From the NCBI GenBank assembly GCA_973895155.1, contig OZ316893.1:27724210-27788209 (forward strand): DNA of 64,000 bases, given 5' to 3'. Positions 60,891-64,000 of the stretch are shown here, one piece after another. Numbering within the stretch: position 1 is the first letter of the stretch; each line of letters opens with the position of its first letter. Made by a program: the position numbers and the translations under genes. The notes under the pieces are model-generated. The model did not search any database and was not told the origin of the DNA. It worked only from the letters and a program-made list of their open reading frames with translations. Source of the stretch: Marsupella aquatica (lineage: Eukaryota; Plantae; Marchantiophyta).

Positions 60891-63800
60891 TCAATCCTCT
60901 GAGTCTGCAGAACCTCGCTCTAATATAGCAGACTCTATAATTTTTTTAGTTTTTGCTGCTATTTGATTAGTACTTAAAAGCGCAAAGTTGTATGCATACA
61001 CCGCTGTTGATGATAGAACTAGTTCATCTTGGAGAAGTCGATTAAATATATTATCTTTCTCTGGAAAATATTTTCCCATCAATAGTAGACTCAGCACTTG
61101 CCTCAGTTGTGTACCATGTGATTTTGATTCTCTCAGGAATGTCTGCAGTTCTTGTCAAAATCTTTGACACCTTTGCCATCCAAAACAACTTGCAGCCTTC
61201 TGGATCCTTGTGTGCCGCTACACATATCATGGACCACTTATTGTTAACTTCCATATCTCTGAAATCTCCAAATTCAGCTTGCTTTCATCAAGGTCCGGAG
61301 TACATAATTCTCTGTGGTCCAGCAACTTTGTCAACCAAAGTTGGATCAACACCTTCTTCAACAAGTTCATTTCTCACCCTTGGAAGTAGTTGTGCACCTT
61401 GATTTTGTTGCGGCCAAACCCACTCAAATAACCACTCACCTTCCTCTAGGTGGTTTTTGATAATATTTTTTTGTTTCTCAAAAAAACTCATCCACCAAAG
61501 TTTATCTTCATTGTCAAAGTAATTGAAACCTTCCTGGATAGCTTTTTCATATTTCACCAGAGTAGTTAATGCACCATCTGTATTGGAAGAATCATGAACA
61601 TCATCCCTCTCAACACCTTTTGCTGACTTCAGTGACATTTGTGCAACAACCCACATTCTTGAAGTTGGAATGTAATTGACGAACGTCACTGCATTTCCCC
61701 AGTCCTGGGTCGTGGAAAGATGTTTCCCATGAAATGTTGTCTCTTCGTTTCCATCCTCCATGACTTGTTTGAATCTGAATTGCCTTTGAAAAGTTATGAG
61801 ATTGAGATCTCTCAAGACTCTACCTGAGACTCCCTTCTCATTTGGCTGGTCGTTTTCATTGACAAATTTTTGAAAATTGGCTACTTCATCCACAAATATG
61901 ATCAAAGCTTCAGGTGAATATGCTCGTCAAATAATATCCTCAAGAGTCTCCAAGCGAAATGCTTCATGCTTGTTTAACCTAGACAAAAATTTACTAAACA
62001 TCTGATCTATCTGATCTATCTGATCATGTGTATGACCGACCAACAAGAAACCCACTTTAATCTTGTCAAAAATCTTCAAATCTACTAACATGTGAAGATA
62101 AGCCATCAAGAATTTATTCTTGTTTTCCCTAGTGGTATTATCTAATTGAAGATATAACACTCTTGGTAATGTCCCATCCCATGTATTCAATACATTTTGA
62201 ATAACATGTATGGTCAAGTTTGCATCATTATGGATATTGGGATATGTCAAAAATACTTTTGCTGCAAGGTTCCTGTTGAAGATGAGACAACCTACAACAT
62301 GTATTGGAATGAAATATTTTTCATCCATGTTCTTTGGACAATGAAGAAAATGTGGTAGCTTTGTTTTCTTTTGATCCATACCATCTATACAAATACCCAA
62401 ATACTTGTTGGGCTCATCATAGCATTTTTTACGATGCTTGGCTAACTTCATCCTTTCCAATGATTGTACTTTTCGATGCTCCATAAAGGCATTGATGTAC
62501 TTTCCTGAAATGATACAATAGCAATGAATTAAAAATCAATAACTAAGGATAAACTTTGACAAATATTGAAGTACATGTCATCAAATTAAAGTTGAAGGTT
62601 ATAGTTAGTGGAACTTACTTTTATCCTCTTCAGTTGTTGCTTTGTCCCGAAGAGCCTTGAATTTAGTACAAGGACCACAAGTAGAAAATCGACTCCTTTT
62701 ATGAATTCGTACATTTGGAAACTTTTTTTTCCAAACACACAAAAAATAAGAATATCTAACTTGTTGTTCTTCTCGCAACATTGTTTCAGCTTCAAAGATT
62801 CCATGTATCTCTTGCTTTGTCCAATTGTCTGGCAAGTGATGAATCTCTTTATGGGGAAGACTATCCATATTTTTTTGGAAAAAATCTTTCAACCATTCCA
62901 CCAAGTTTAGAAATGAAGGTGAGTCTTTCTTACAAAAGGTATCTTGTTCAATCCTTGTAAACATGTTTTCATGGATTGTTGCCAATCTATTATTACCTAA
63001 AGAATATAGTTTCTTGAATTCTCCTCTACATATAGGTTGTCCATTTACACTACATCCACAAGAAGTACTACGGTTGTTCATGATACAACCTCGTAGCAAA
63101 ATATTTTTTTGCAAGTGTTTAAGACCAAAATAATACTTGCGTTGTTTTGAGCATTCCTCTAGACCCAGAGACCTCAAGCAAAACTTGTCACAATAGAGAT
63201 ACTTAAAAATATCTTTAATTTTGCATTTTTTTTAGATTTGCAATGGTAAGTCTATCTTTTCTAATCATCTGATCTCTGATTTTCGTGCTGGGTCTTGTCA
63301 CCTCTACTCTATCCTGAATAGTGTCGGGAGAACTTACCCCCCCCACTATTTTCTAGTGAATTAGAATTCAAAACAAAAAGATCTTCTGTAGAGTTGTTTC
63401 CACTCTCCACATCTTTTGTAACTGTTTCATGAACAATCTCACATCCCAGGATCTCTTCAACAACATTTGAGATTATAGCAGTCTCTCTGTCATTTGCAGC
63501 CTCCTCTGATCTCTCTTCAGAGTCTTCTGAAAATGTAATAGGTGTTCGGAGATTTCTAGTTTGAAATCTTCTAATGATATTCACATCTTCAGTCGGAGTA
63601 CCGCCCACTTGTCTCTGAGACTGTAATCCCAGCCTAGGTGATTTTTCTCAACTTGAGGGCTCATCTTGACCATTGAATAATCTTTGGACAAGTTTCAATT
63701 TAGCATGTACCCTTGAATTTTTGGGCCCTCTCTCCGGCAGCTCACTTCGCAATAATCTCTGAGGAATTTTCTGGATGCTAGATCTCTTCCCTCTTTCGTT

Positions 63801-63997
63801 CTGCACTTGCCGTTCAATGGAAGATCCAAAAACCTCACACTGCATCCTCGCCAAAGGGCTTCGAAGCCCCATGTTGTTAGTTTTACCACTTGGTGAAATA
63901 ACTGATGGGAATACCGATTGGGATCCATGGATCCCAACTCGTATTCGTCCTTCGAGACTTCAAAGTGAAAACTTTCCCACTTGCTGTTCTGCGTCAT
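60891..63997 (-). pseudogene. DUF7869-type (Sola-like DDD/E) transposase pseudogene with an intron
   Basis: FSTCGPC, CIDGMDQKKTKLPHF, LYLQLDNTTRENKN and FLLVGHTHDQIDQMFS motifs; intron ~62618-62505; ORF pieces in frame but separated by TGA stops (61927, 61288 and 61285, 63648), a 9-bp duplication (DQIDQIDQ) and frameshifts. Confidence 0.8.
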
Positions 63998-64000
63998 GAC

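Larger units (their letters stand above)
55289..64000. mobile_element. Putative large cargo-carrying DNA transposon (hairpin arrays, Cys-rich ORF, F-box-like ORF, DNA amino-methyltransferase, DUF7869/Sola-like transposase); right end outside the window
   Basis: Starts CACAATG where the Harbinger remnant breaks; shared hairpin motif across 55451-58580; gene cluster convergent with a transposase-like gene. Unity of the element is inferred. Confidence 0.5.

Overview
Eukaryotic, TE-rich genomic DNA, most likely from a non-seed land plant (inferred from GT-AG introns, plant-type Helitron ends and a tRNAiMet-primed copia element). One intact host gene is clear: a 4-exon peroxiredoxin-like 2 / AhpC-TSA-type CxxC oxidoreductase (8340-9557, minus). 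The rest is mostly mobile DNA: a full-length young Ty1/copia element (13348-19704) interrupted by a MITE, a 3-copy MITE family with 8-bp TSDs, a Tourist-like MITE, non-autonomous Helitrons, solo LTRs (one built around a tRNA-derived Pol III promoter), and LINE and Harbinger remnants. The most unusual region is ~55289 to the window end. It looks like a cargo-carrying DNA transposon with two homologous TATA promoter cassettes whose first introns hold arrays of GGGATAC-NNN-GTATCCC hairpins, a Cys-rich ORF, an F-box-like ORF and a prokaryote-type beta-class N6A/N4C DNA methyltransferase. These converge on a decayed DUF7869/Sola-like transposase. Whether all parts belong to one element cannot be proven here because the right end lies outside the window. 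All protein calls are from motif recognition by eye; no database searches were run.
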